A DNA stretch of 64,000 nucleotides from Blasia pusilla (Eukaryota): positions 62,001 to 126,000 of the forward strand of contig CM114271.1 in assembly GCA_050084515.1 (NCBI GenBank), given 5' to 3'. Position 1 is the stretch's first letter, and every line of letters begins with the position of its first letter. The notes under the pieces are model-generated. The model was not told the origin of the DNA and did no database searches. It saw only the letters and a list, made by a program, of their open reading frames with translations. Made by a program: the position numbers and the translations under genes. Shown here piece after piece: positions 1 through 12,439 of this stretch.

Positions 1-2389
1 AAAATATTTCTTGACGCCATTGTAAATTGCAAAGTTATGCATGCTTTGCAACAAACAATGCACAATTTGGAGATGCGAGCAAAAATTTATGGTCAATCTT
101 GCAAAACTTCCATTGCTAGGCATTTTTTAGGGTTAAATTGTTCAAACCCTAAACCAGCCGCCGTCGTCATACTCACCATCAACGGTCAACCATCATCATC
201 GATGGTGAACCATCACCATCAACGTTCAACTTTCACCATCAACGGTCCGCCGTCACCATCAACATCAATGGTCCACCGTCCACCGTCGGCCGCTGTCGCC
301 GCCTACCGCTGCTCAGAGCCGCGTTCCGCCGTTGTCCACCCTTTGGTTGCCATTTTTGCCATTACGAAGTGGAGGGTCTTCCACGAGGACCGTTGATTCT
401 TTCACTTGCGCCGCCATCACGTACTTTGTTTTGGCCGCCACCGTCATTGTAGTTTCGTCATCAAGCAGTGATGGCAGATGACCTCGGGTTATGGTTTTTT
501 AGTTTTCATTTCATGCTGCTATGCTGTAATTGGTAGCCGCTTAACAAAAATCGAGTACCATACCGTGATGCCCGTAGCCGCAACTGGACGCCGATTGGCG
601 TGCCGTGCCGCTCGTGGCCGCACCGTACCGTCTTGACCGCGGAGCCGCTCCTTCACTAAGGATCAGAGCGTGTGAATTGCTGATTGAGGAGGGTGACGCC
701 AAGTGCCGCACTCCATTACCGAGTTCCATGTCATTAAGAGCTATTCCGTGCCGTACTAGACTGCTAGACCTGCACTGTACATCGAGGAGGTTTGAGGGGC
801 GTCAATACGAGAGGAGTCCAACTTTCCGATTGGAGGAGTTGTCTTCACAACCGAGTTGGGGTCGAGATTTGCAGTTGTCGAGGAGCGACATCGATATTAT
901 TGTCAAGTTACCTATTCTGGTCTCTTAAGCTGCACGTGTGAGTGATTTTTGGGTATTGGGAAGTTATTTGGGATATTGTTTCGTGCTGATGCTGAGAGCA
1001 TCAATGATGTATGGATTTAGGGGACATAGACGTGTGTGGGATGTCCAGAGTTAAGGATGGTTTGTCGATGAGATGGTAGATCAGTTGATTTGCCGGACCG
1101 CGCCGCTTGTTGTCGTACAACACACGTCTCACTGAGAGAGTGTAGATTGGGTGCCGCATGTTTAGTTTTAGTGATTGAGGGATGGATCCTGATCAGAGTC
1201 GATGGGTCCTGATCAGAGTTTATGGAGAGTTGGTGATGTTGTTAGTATGCAGGCACGGAGGGCGATGGGAGAAGTGAGTGCGACGATTGCTGATGCTCAA
1301 GAGGGGCATGTGTCGAGCACGTTGTTGGGGGCGGCCACCATTGAGTACCAAGCTCCTTTATTTTCTGCTTCCGATGTTATGACGTTGGGAGGTACGCCCG
1401 CCCAGGTTTTTTAGCTGGCTGCTACACTATGTGAGCGTGGAGTTGGAGTTCTTGCATCACGTTCAAAGGTGATTGTAGAGGAGGTGCCCTTGGAGCGGAT
1501 GCTCGGGCGGTCCACGTCAGATTCATGGCAGGCTCCGGCTGCTAGGATGGCAGAGATGCCCGCTAGACCCGCGATAGAGCGTGCCATGGCTTCTCCTAGT
1601 GTTGTGTTGCTTGATAACCAGGGAGAGGTCTTCCAATTGGTGAGTCACGTAGGAAGAGCTTTTAGTCCGCAGCGTGTCTTATTGGATTCAGGAGCGCAAC
1701 CCTTGATGTTGGGGAATGTGTCATTCAGAGAATTGGGCTTGACGAGAGCCGATGTGGAGCGTTGTCCATTCCGGATAAAGACATCATTGGATGGAGCTAG
1801 TACCACACAGTATATCATCCGACAAGAGGTCATGGTGAGGATTCGCTCGAGACATCCTACAGATGAGTCGGTGGTGCGAGCCAAGGCAATACTGACTGAT
1901 GTAGAGTCCTACGACGTCTTGGTTGGTAGAGCAGTGTCATACCCGATGGGGTTTTCCGTGGATTACTGGGAGGAGTCGGCATCTTACGGACCAGGATGGC
2001 AGTCACGTGATAGGCACCTTAGCTCATTACCCGTTCGATTCATAGGTGCAATGATCGAGCGATGGCCAGGGGAGATGGCGACCTTAGCAGCATTTAGCAG
2101 TGCCATCACTTGGACTAGTGATTTGATTGAGGGACATGTCCATGGAGAGGATACTCCCGTTCCTAAAATTTTTATGGAGAGGAGTGTCATGGTAGCCGCA
2201 TTAGTCCATGGAGGAGAGGTGTTGCTTTGGGGCTCAACTGAGGAGCTTCGTTGCTTAGCCAGTGAGCATGTGCAGACCGTGTGGAGCAAGACGTTTGCAC
2301 TAGAGTGTGACAAGTTAGAGGAACCCTAGGTAGACAGATAGATCCCTTTGGATACCACCCCGATTGTGTGGTGCATCCCAAAGGAGGGT

Positions 2390-3310
2390 ATTCGAGTTTT
2401 GGATCTCTTTGGAGGGATCAACAATGGGTTAGCTGTTGTTTTGCACGCTGGAGTGCGCGTGCAGCAATACGTGTATGTGGAGATTCATGATGTTGCGAGG
2501 CGCGCTTCACTTCACCATGTGGCATAGTTATGCCTCCGTTTTCCCGACTTGTTGTCTGCGTCCGCCATTTAGGGCTACCAAAGTTCCCTACCGAGGGACA
2601 TTTCATTGTTGGGGGCGCATAGATTTGGTCATTGCTGGTTGGCCGTGCTAGGGAAAATCGAGTGTTGGACGAGGTAGCGGGCTAGCTGACACTCGGTCCA
2701 TGTTATTTTGGGAGATGATGCGGATCTTGCAATATTTACAGGAGCATGAGCCTTGTTTTTCAGCATAAATTTTGGAGAATGTGCATTTCGATTGGGCGAT
2801 TCGAGGTCCCGGGTGGTGACGAGTGCACATCAGGTGCGCGCATGGACCGACCCGACAGTGTTGTTAGATACGGCGAGTATAGGTTCTAGAGCACACCACC
2901 CACATCTTTAGTGGACCAACTTGGAACCACATGAGGTGTTGCGGAGGGCTTATGCAAGAGTGGAGTGTCCCTCCGATTTTTTGGTGGATTCTATATTGAT
3001 CCAGCCGCCGATCACAAAAAAGTGAGGCATGATGATCGACCGCCGTTGATTGTGGTCAACAAGATTGGCATGCCACGAGCAGCCTTTCCCATATTGGTGA
3101 GTTTTCCCGCTTCCTATGCATTCAAGGAGGCCAGACCTAGCTTGGTTTGGGATGACCAGGTACAGAGGTTGGTGGAGCCCAACGCCGATTAGCGATAGCA
3201 AGTGATGGGATTCCCCACAGGAGTGACGCTAATATCGTCACTATCGGAGGCATCACGACGTTATGTCTTGGGTCAGGCGATGGATTTGAACTGCTTGACA
3301 TGGATTTTTA
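2390..3310 (+). pseudogene. DNMT3-like C5 cytosine methyltransferase domain within gypsy pol (disrupted)
   Basis: Manual translation gives IRVLDLFGGI (motif I, 2390-2419), YVYVEI (II), IDLVIAGWPC*G (IV, PC at 2643-2648), RSMLFWEMMRIL (V) and ILENV (VI, 2769-2783). It continues GSRAHHPHL*WTNL (VIII), VMGFP (IX) and RRYVLGQAMDL (X). Confidence 0.9.
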
Positions 3311-6120
3311 GCTTATGAGTAGGTGAGCAACCTTGTTTGAGGATGCGAAAAATCATAAAAGTTGTGTTGGTGAGCCCCATGCCTATCGAGACGGTTGAGG
3401 CAGTGGTTCGGGGCAAGGCCCCGAGGAGATCGACACACCAGGGATGATTGGGAGAGACACCCTTGGACTTCTTGGGATGTTTTGCAGATACGCCAGGAGA
3501 TGGTAGCCACAGCATTGAGCGTGGTTTAGGGTACTACAAATGGAGATCCGATTTTGCAGTTGGTTGCAAGGGAGCAGTTGAGTTTTGTTGTCCGAGACAG
3601 GGTTGCATAATAGCAACCACTAATATCCGCGCGGGAGAGTCTTACCGTAGTCACGATGGAGACTTGGGAGCCAAATATGGGCCCTAAGTGACAGGAGGAG
3701 AGTGGCATCGAAAACACCAGTTCCTTAGGAGTTATAGGAGATGTTTTGCATTTAGTATGCATGATTTGGGTACGCTGAAGGGTCCAGGGATCCGCATTGA
3801 GTTGTCGAGTGACACGCCGATCTTCCAACAACCCTATAGGCATAGTGACATGGAGAGGGCTCTAATTCAAAGTAGGAGCCATGACTTGGTTGGAGTAGGA
3901 CTAATGGAGATGTCGCATGGAGAGTATGCATCTGCCACTGTCATGCTCGCCAAGAAGCTACATCCTGGCAAGTGCAAGTTCTTCTATGACCAAATTGAAT
4001 ACTTGGGTCATGCGATATACCCAGGGGGCCTTGGTGTGCAACAGACAAAGGTAGAGGCTATTTCACGCATTCCACACCCTATAGATGTGAGTCAAGTTCG
4101 TGCATTCATGGGATTGGCGAACTTCTATCGATGATACATCAAGGGTTCCGGTTTGATTGCGAAGCCGCTAACCTTGATGATCAAGGTGGATTAGGAGGGG
4201 CACTGGGGGGATGAGCAAGAGAAAGGATATCTGATACTCAAGGACAGATTGATGTCTGCGCCCATATTTAGGAGACTGATCAGGGGGCGTCCTTTCAAAT
4301 TGCATACGGATTGGAGCATGTTGGGGCTTGGAGCCGTGCTCACCCAACATGACGATGATGGTAGAGAGCTTGTGGTGGCTTATGCTAGTCGCTCAAACAA
4401 CGCTGCAAAGTCTAGCTTGTATGAGGGTGAGTGCTTGGCTGCAATGTGGGCTATCGCACATTTCAGATATTATCTATTTGGCATTCCCTTTACCATCATT
4501 ATTGATCATCAGCCACTTAAGTGGTTGATGGAGTCCGACAAGCTTATAGGGAAGCTTGCAAGGTGGGCTCTTTTGTTGCAGGAGTATGACTTCCAGGTGG
4601 TGCATAGACCCAGGACGCTCAACTAGGATGTAGATGGTTTGAGCCGTAACCCATGCCCGAGTCAGCGAGATGCGAATGGAGCTCGTTGGCATAGTGAGAG
4701 TGATGAGGAGTTGGTGCCAGGATAGCTTGCGTCAACCTATTTGGGCTTGTTGGCTATGGAGAGCCAAATTGCTGAGACTTCGATGGCGAGGTTTGATGGA
4801 GAATCCTTAGATCTAGAGGCCGGTGAGGAGACGACATGTGGCCGAGACATTCGACGATGGAGTGGTCTTGGAGTATCTGTGTACTGGCAGCGTCGCGAGC
4901 ACAGTGGATGCGAGAGAGTGGGATCAGATCCTACAACAAGCCAGATGGTTCGGGTGGGAGGGCACACATGTGTTGCGAGTGTGGGAGGATGGTAGAATGT
5001 GTGTAGTGCCTCATCCTTTGTAGAGAGCACGTTTGGTGCGTCATGCCCATGAGAAGTTGGGTCATTTTGGAGTGAAGCGGACGTACAGCTTGCTCCAAAT
5101 TCAGTATTGGTGTCGAGGCATGCACACTAACGTTCAATAGTTTGTTGCCACATGCATGGTGTGTGATCGAGTTCAAGCATCATTCAATGCTTCGACTCTA
5201 GAATTGCATCCACTTCAGATCATGGGTTTAGGTTAGAGATGGAGTTTGGATTTTTCAAGACCTTTGCCTTTGACGGAGCGCCATAGTCGTTATATGGTAG
5301 TCATGGTCGAGCACTTCTTGGAGTGGATAGAGTTGGTTGTATTTCTTGACAAAGCAAGTGAGGGAGTAACGTATGCCTTCCTAGATCAAGTGTTGAGTCA
5401 TTTTGGCACACCACCTAAGGTGTTGACAGACTAGGGTACAGAGTTCCGTGGGGAGTTTCAGGCCTTGTGTGATCAGGCACTGATCGACCACCGCAATACT
5501 TCGCGAGATCATCCTGAGGCGGATGAACTAGCGGAGCGGGTTGTGTAGATGGTGAAGAGAGGACTACGCAAGTATGGTTTGCAGAGAGGTCACCTAGGAG
5601 ATTGGGACCTTCAGTTGCCATGGTTGGCGATGGGATATAGATTTTGCAGGCAGGCATCCTTAACGTCTTTCTCACTGTACTTGTTGCTTTATGGCCGAGA
5701 GCCAGATTTACCTATGGCCATTTGTCGAGATGTTGGTGAGGTGTTGAACGTTGATGACCCTGATGTATGGATGCGAGCATGTTCTTAGAGGGCTCAGTTG
5801 TTTTGGAGAGTGATGCCCTTAGCTTTTGAGAGCTTGGCCATTGCGCAATATCAAGATACGTTGAGGTATGCGACTATCCGGAGGATCATCATCGTGAGAT
5901 TACGTCTACTTTGCAAATGACGGCACCCACGACATTTGAGGTGACTCCAAGGCGCACCATCTTGAGAGTGCGTCAGGTTTTCCCATCCCGTGTTCTCTTA
6001 TTGGAGGGACATGATGGTATGGTTTGGAAGGACCATGTGCGTAATTTTTTGCCATGTCATCTTCGAAACATTGACGGTATAGTTGATCCAAGCTTAGCAG
6101 TAGTTCTTGTAGACTTGTGG

Positions 6121-6258
6121 TGTATGTTGTTTGGCTCCGCCCGTGGTGCAACCACTATGCTAGTCTATGATGGGTGTTCGAGAGTATGGCATATGGCATG
6201 TTTGACGCCACCTCTCACTAGGGTTCCTCAGGGACGATGGATGTGTCCCAGATGTATA
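6121..6258 (+). pseudogene. PHD finger at the C-terminus of gypsy pol
   Basis: CMLF..MLVYDGCSRVWHMACLTPPLTRVPQGRWMCPRC follows the C4HC3 PHD pattern. Two Cys positions read F and Y, each one base from TGT. Confidence 0.88.
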
Positions 6259-8479
6259 TAGAGTAGGTAGTTTTACATTCCGACTTGTGTCTATGACATG
6301 GATGGCAAGAAGGCGACTAACGATGGGGCCACATGAGCACCCGGCCTTCTTGCTCTTAGCGTTCGAGAGATGTATGTCATGGTAGGTACGGATAGATGGC
6401 TATCTGGAGTTAGAGGGACCTAACCACCAACTAGGGGGGCGATTGGGGATATTTTGGTACTTCTTGTCTCGCTTTTTGGATGCCATGAGTTAGCATGGGA
6501 TCGTGCGTACGTGTTTGTGTGTGTATTCGGTGACAACAATGTATGTTGTGTAGCGATGTGTATGCAGACGACACCATGCAAGAATTGAAAAAGTTTTTGA
6601 ATTGTAAAAAGCCAAGTTTTGCTGATGAGGTATCTCAGATATTTTCTTCCAAGAATCATTATTAAAAATTAGTAAGATGTCTATGCGAGAATTGAAAAAG
6701 TGTTTGAAGGTAATTATTTTCATTAATGGTGTTCTCCAAAAGATTCATCTACAAGTGATCTCTCCAAAATATTCATATGCAAGTCATATGGACGATTCAA
6801 ATTTCGAGGATCTTTCCTTTGGCCATCCATTAGAATCTTTGTGATTTAATTTAAAATTAAATTTGATTTGAATATTTTTATTTATTAGATTTTTGTGTTT
6901 TAATGATAGAGTTTCCAATGATAATGTATATAGAAGTTTTATTCATACTCTAGATCATGAGAAAATACATGAGTAGACAAGTAAATGTGGACTTTTTGTA
7001 AAGTGTGACCTGGAGACTTATTAATAATCCTAGCAAAACCCGACCAAGCACGGAATTGAAACAAACAGAAATCAAACATCTTTGCAAGACCTGCCATTAC
7101 TGTGCGAACACAGACTTTTTCCGTGTGCAACCAAGTTTGCTCATCACCTTTACATTAGACCAAAGCTAGAGATAACCTCCTTATGATGGCTTGGATCATT
7201 TGCAACCGATCCCCATGACGAACAATAGGAAACACTTGACAAAAATTACCACCAAATACTGGGTTTTCTAAAATGTTGGTTTCTCAACATCCACTTCTCT
7301 AAGCACCACTAATCTGATCGGCCCCCTTGTATGAGGAGAAGCTTAGATTAATGGTTCTGACTTAGACGTCGAAGGAGTCATAATAATATGACACAAAGTC
7401 CTAAAGGAACCTTTGCTCTTCAAAGCATTTAACCACCACTGGGCAGTTATTTTTCCACTAGTCTTTCAATGTGAGGTTATTTCACCCCGTGAATCGTACA
7501 AACGCCATGGGAAGTCATACAATTGTTGTTTAGACGCCCATGAAGCGTGACTCGCCATGGGCTTAGTTTACTTCTATCTTCGTCATGTCCTTGGCATCTA
7601 GCAATATGGAATAATGAGGCTTCACTCTTATAAGCGTTTCACAATCAGTTGGTGGTTATTCCCCTCCTCTTTTTGGGAGAAAGGCTAGTGAAGTTAGCCC
7701 ATTATCCATAAGTCAACAAGAGCATAGAATTTCACTTGCCAGCCGGCCTACATTCCTTCTCCTCCTTTGGGAGTGAGGTGAGGCTACTAAGGTAATAAAA
7801 GGAAACAAATGCCTACTATGTACTCCATTTTAGACGATGCAAGACTAGCTAGGATGGTTGGTGGCTTAAATCGTGTCCCCTAGGCCCATATATGCATTGA
7901 ATTGTAATACCAGAAGGACTTTCAGGCAGCTTAAAAGAAATTCTATTCTATATTGCAATTATTTGGGTTGGCAAGACAACACGTTTATCCATGAATATTG
8001 AGAACATAAAATCTGAAGTCCTTTCCAAAATTTTACTCTAGGATAACTCCACTTTGATCAACTACCAAACCACCACTACTATTTTCTTTCCCATAGCCGC
8101 CGTGACTAACCGCCACTGGAGCAACATAGGTATTGGCCAAATAAGAAAAATACTCCACCCAATGATCACCACTATTCTCCGACCTCCTATTCTCATGCAA
8201 ATAAAGGCTGCTTCTATTTCCTACCTTCACCCCTAGACTTGATTGCTGGGTTCTAATACAATTGTGTACAACATTTCTTTTTGCCAACTGATCACCACCA
8301 TTATACGCCATATGATCCACACTTTTATTTGCCAACTCCATCATTTTCCTTTGTTGCTCACTCATAGGAGAAGTATATACACCATTGACATCCACTATAT
8401 CACCGCTATTATCCGCAAGATTGATAGTTCTTTGCACTACTTGGGGGCTATGTTTATGGATGTGAGATCTTCTCCTCAT

Positions 8480-10860
8480 GGGTCTTCCAACGTTTATATC
8501 TCATTTTAGATCCTCACAAATATTTTGGTTGTGCCCTTCTCTCAAGCAATGGGAACACCGCTGCCAGCCAATTCTCACATATCCTCTCCCTTTAGGTATG
8601 TCTCCACGTGAAGCAACGCCATCCATATTTATTTCCTAACTTGTTGCATAGTCATGTATTGGGTAGGATATTTTTCCTTGAACTTCTTTTAGTCGTTGCG
8701 ACCTTCTAGGTCCATTTCTAGAATACGCATACAACACGATGATGTCCTCATCGAAAGTTGCAACAGATGGGATAAGGTCATCACACTTTACCCTTGGTAT
8801 ACTATGCTATAGATGCGCTTGATGAAGTAATTGTTCCAAATCAATCAAATAGCTATTATGAATCCATTCCAGTGAACATATCTCAAGCCATTACATGAGT
8901 ACAAGGCCAACATTTATCTTGAAACTCAAGGTAGGAACATTGACACTTAGGACTCAATGAACATGGATTCATGCATATTTGTTGTTGAGATGACAAAAGC
9001 GCTTCATCGAGGAAATCACTTCAAACCCTTGACATATGCTCTCCTTATATCGATATTGAAGTAGGGCATAGGTGGTTACCGAGAAGTTGTATTTATGAGG
9101 GTGGTATGCTTCTAACTTCCTCTCGGTCTAAGTTTTCATCATATAGTTCCAAAACCCGCATGGAATGCCCAAAGGAGGAATGTCTGTAATTGGCTTGATG
9201 GCATAATTTATTACCTCTACTAGATTTGAACTAACTTTGCCATATCGAGGTAAGGAGAGTCCATACCTAGCATACTTTTGTGGTTCTATTTCTCTCGGAT
9301 ATAAGAAATAAGGTCACAAATCTTCTGTATATGATGCCTTTCCATCTCATTCAACCAAAATTCAAACCTATACACAATGAAGACGAATCCTAAAACCTTT
9401 GCCAAAAACCACCAACATTGAGTTTAGCAGGCAATATTGAGATTAGCCGCCAAGACTAAGATTAGGAGTCATGACTGAAATTAGGCACCATGACTCAAAT
9501 TAGACACTATTAAAGTGATGTTCAAAAGATTAAATAATCACTATCCAACACCTAGGATTAGTAGTGTTAGTCAATGATGGGAAATACTTACTTTTCCCTT
9601 GACCTTGCATAGAGGCATGCGATACAATACTCCTTTGCCACTTTTCCATATCTTGATTTCACATTTGCTCATAGATGTTAAGCACACATGCTATATATGT
9701 TATTGGAAAAAATGATATTAACACCATGTAGCAATCCCTTTTTTTATCTGAAATCATAACTATATTTGGATCATTAAGGCTAGGGATTGCAATCTTCAAA
9801 TGTGAGCAAATCATTCTCAATCCTTGTTGCTCTCACGAGGATAGATCCCATACGCTAGAATGATGGTGTTGGCATTCCTTTCCAACATGGAAGCTATGAA
9901 AATTTGTATTGGATATTTCCCATTTTTTGAATGGCATGCATCTAAGCAAGGTTGAACGGAAACAAACAAGTCCGGATATATCCTTCGACATGCCCCACTC
10001 ACACCCGGGCCCGCACCCGAGCCCACCACTTAGACCCGGGGCTGTCGAAGCCCACACCCATTGCGTGGCCCATAGGTTGGGCTCAACATGGGCTAGGGTG
10101 AGAAGGCGGGGGCTCAAGCCTGATTGGGTGCGGGCTTCCCGCGGGCACGTGCAGGCTACCGCGGGAAGGTGTGGGCTTAGAGCTAATTCGGCGTAGGCTA
10201 GGGCGGGCAAGTGTGAGCTTTGGGGGGGTAGGCACAGTCTTGAGGTGGGCAGGCGTGACCCATTCCAAATCCCAAACATCCCATTCATCCTTGAGCCCGC
10301 GGGCTCAGGGAGGAATCGCTTAAACCTACATTCCAAATCCCAAACATCCCATGTAGTGGTTGCAAGAGGGTCAACTTTGTTCACAACGTGAGTGAAGGCT
10401 AGAATCATGCGGAAACTAGCACATTCGACCCTATTTATCCAATTTCGACACTTCTCTTAGCATCTCCAAGCTAGGAAGTACCAAGTGTGCCTTCGGTAAT
10501 TCTGGGCAAGGACATTTATAAGCTTGCCCACAAGAATACTTGGTTGATTCACAACCCTCTATGTTAATACCATAGAAAGCCACTTGGCTTTATGGGTCGG
10601 GCGTGTCCATGTGTGAATACGGCCTAGACATGTGTGCTTTAGGTTACACATCGTTATTTAGTAGGCACTAGACTTCTTGTGTCAATGACATCTTACCCTC
10701 TACTCACAAATCTTCTTGATCTTGGGTCGTCCCTTCTCATTTTCCATACAAAGGTACCTTGAATATTCACCGCGTGCACCATTTCAAGTCATGGTGGGTA
10801 CCTCTTTATCCTTTGATATTTCTCCACGCTTCCTCCTTCTTTCAGCAAAATCCTTTGAGG
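8480..10860 (-). pseudogene. MULE/MuDR-type transposase, decayed
   Basis: LDACHSKNGKYPIQIFIASMLERNANTIILAYGI..ES.KDW (MULE DDE core), MISDKKKGL, SWIM finger CQCSYLEFQDKCWPCTHVMA and knuckle CSHCLREGHNQNIC. Confidence 0.85.
9993..10349. mobile_element. About 355-bp GC-rich insertion interrupting the MULE transposase, flanked by CATG
   Basis: CATG at 9989-9992 and 10350-10353. Removing the insert rejoins MULE-like sequence. It has an internal repeat CATTCCAAATCCCAAACATCCCA x2. The same insertion is in the other two copies (e.g. 37270-37620). Confidence 0.5.
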
Positions 10861-12439
10861 ATGGCAATACCTCAATGAAGGAACTTTTAAGGACAAGGCG
10901 GTATGGCCTCTTGGAATGTTGTGGATGCCATGGTGCGTGTGTACCAATATAATCCCTAGGAATTCTAGGGTCCTCATTTCTTTCTTGTTGCCCCCAAACA
11001 CTTGATGATGGAATGTCCATGCTTTGCTAGCGGAGAACGGCTACTAGAGGGAGTCTATGATTAGCGGTCAAGTGGGTATCCATGCTCTTGGGCAACAAGG
11101 CAATGAGAGACAAAATTTACTCTGATAAAAGCTCGCAATCTTTAGTCGTCGTTGCAGATTGGCTCTCCAAGGTAGGCCCCAATCCCAATGGACTTACATA
11201 TATGCACCTACCATATGTAGCACCCATGAAAGTTGCTATAGCTAGTTGAGAGAGAATTTTTGCTAACAATGTGTCTTGAAGGAATATTTTGGCGGCTTTT
11301 CTCCACCACTACCCCATCGTCTCTTAGACTATCAACTCTTGCATGTACAAGGCATTTTTTCTTTGAATACGCATCCTCTCCCGTCGTGCATTTGACTTCA
11401 TCACACGGGTACACACCATCATCTTTGATCCGCATGCTCATTTTCACTAAATGCTTCCCCTCGATTCTCTCAAGAAACCCTTTCCCTCTTATCTTAGCTC
11501 CATATCTGCAAGTCTGAAGCCAATGCCATTTCTTTGTCCGCACACAATTCTTTTCTCTGACACTAAGAGAGCATCTGATTCAACAATCAAGTGCAAACTC
11601 AAAGTCATCCAATCAGATTGTCTTTGGGTTGCCCAACATGTGAACAACGTTTGTAAGGAGTGGGTCCACAAGCGTATGAGCATCTCAAAAGTTCCACAAC
11701 CCCAAAAGAAAAGACTATACTTGCATTCCAACTTTTGGAATCCGCTGATTGCATTACAAAATATCAGCCTTGGTGATTATCTTGCCGAGGATTCCTTCTC
11801 ACCCGACGCTTAAAATGTAGGCAAGCTACCCTTCCTACCTTTCCAACATTCACACACTCACAACTTTGGAGTAACTAAAGAGTCCATACCTTCTTCTAGA
11901 CTTTATCCTTCAAGATTAGGCTTATTTTTGAATATGGAGGCTTTCCACAAGTCAACCACGGCTTTTGACTCTGACACCAAAGGCCGTCATCCATACACTG
12001 CATATTTCTTCTCATTGTCATCATCACCTATGAATAAGCTTTTCTCATCAAGAGGAAAATGGTATTTTCTCAACTCTCAAGCATTATCTTTGGACGATGT
12101 GCCCAATGTCACTCAAGCTGACTCCCTACCGTCAATTCTTAAAGCATCGAATCTAATGAACATGCCCGCATGAACAATGGGAGAATGATTGAGATTTTTG
12201 AATGATTAGCGGCAGCAAGTAAATTAAATGTGTAAGTAAAATTTAGAGATTAACCTTTGAACCACAACGGTGCTTTCACCCTAAACTATGCTCTCAATTC
12301 TTATCTTGTGTGCTCCCTCCGTACTCTACCGTATCTTATGTGGCATAGTATGAAAGCCTTACAAGGAATGAATTTTTGTGGGGGGTTGTATTAGCTAGGA
12401 AGTTTCCCTCCAAAGTTGCTTAAGAAGTCTCTCAAATTT

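Larger units (their letters stand above)
1469..6261 (+). mobile_element. Decayed Ty3/gypsy pol: aspartic protease - C5 DNA methyltransferase - RT (internally deleted) - RNase H - integrase - PHD finger
   Basis: Protease VLLDSGA. RT ends FQQPYRHS and LHPGKCKFFYDQIEYLGH. RNase H LHTDWS..GLGAVL..VAYASR..ECLA..IDHQPLKWL. Integrase H-x4-H..CxxC (5040-5170), SLDF, VLTD*GTEF. The RT-RH-INT order is gypsy. Many stops and frameshifts. Confidence 0.95.

Noticed and set aside
144-155. AAACCCTAAACC telomere-like motif (also 47022; TAGGGTTT at ~15331 and ~18856)
   Set aside because: Fewer than two full units and not at a demonstrable junction. Too weak to claim telomere targeting by the CRE elements.
37-396. 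119-aa His/Pro/Ser-rich ORF
   Set aside because: Arises from low-complexity CACCATCAAC repeats, and the frame differs in the duplicate.
540-1460. Possible gag and 5' LTR of the DNMT-gypsy element
   Set aside because: No recognisable gag motif, PBS or LTR pair. A PPT-like AGGGGGG at 6433 has no matching upstream LTR in the window.
2390-3310. Host DRM/DNMT3 gene or bacterial restriction-modification methylase
   Set aside because: Intronless, contiguous with protease and RT, and the same arrangement recurs in a diverged element. It belongs to the retroelement.
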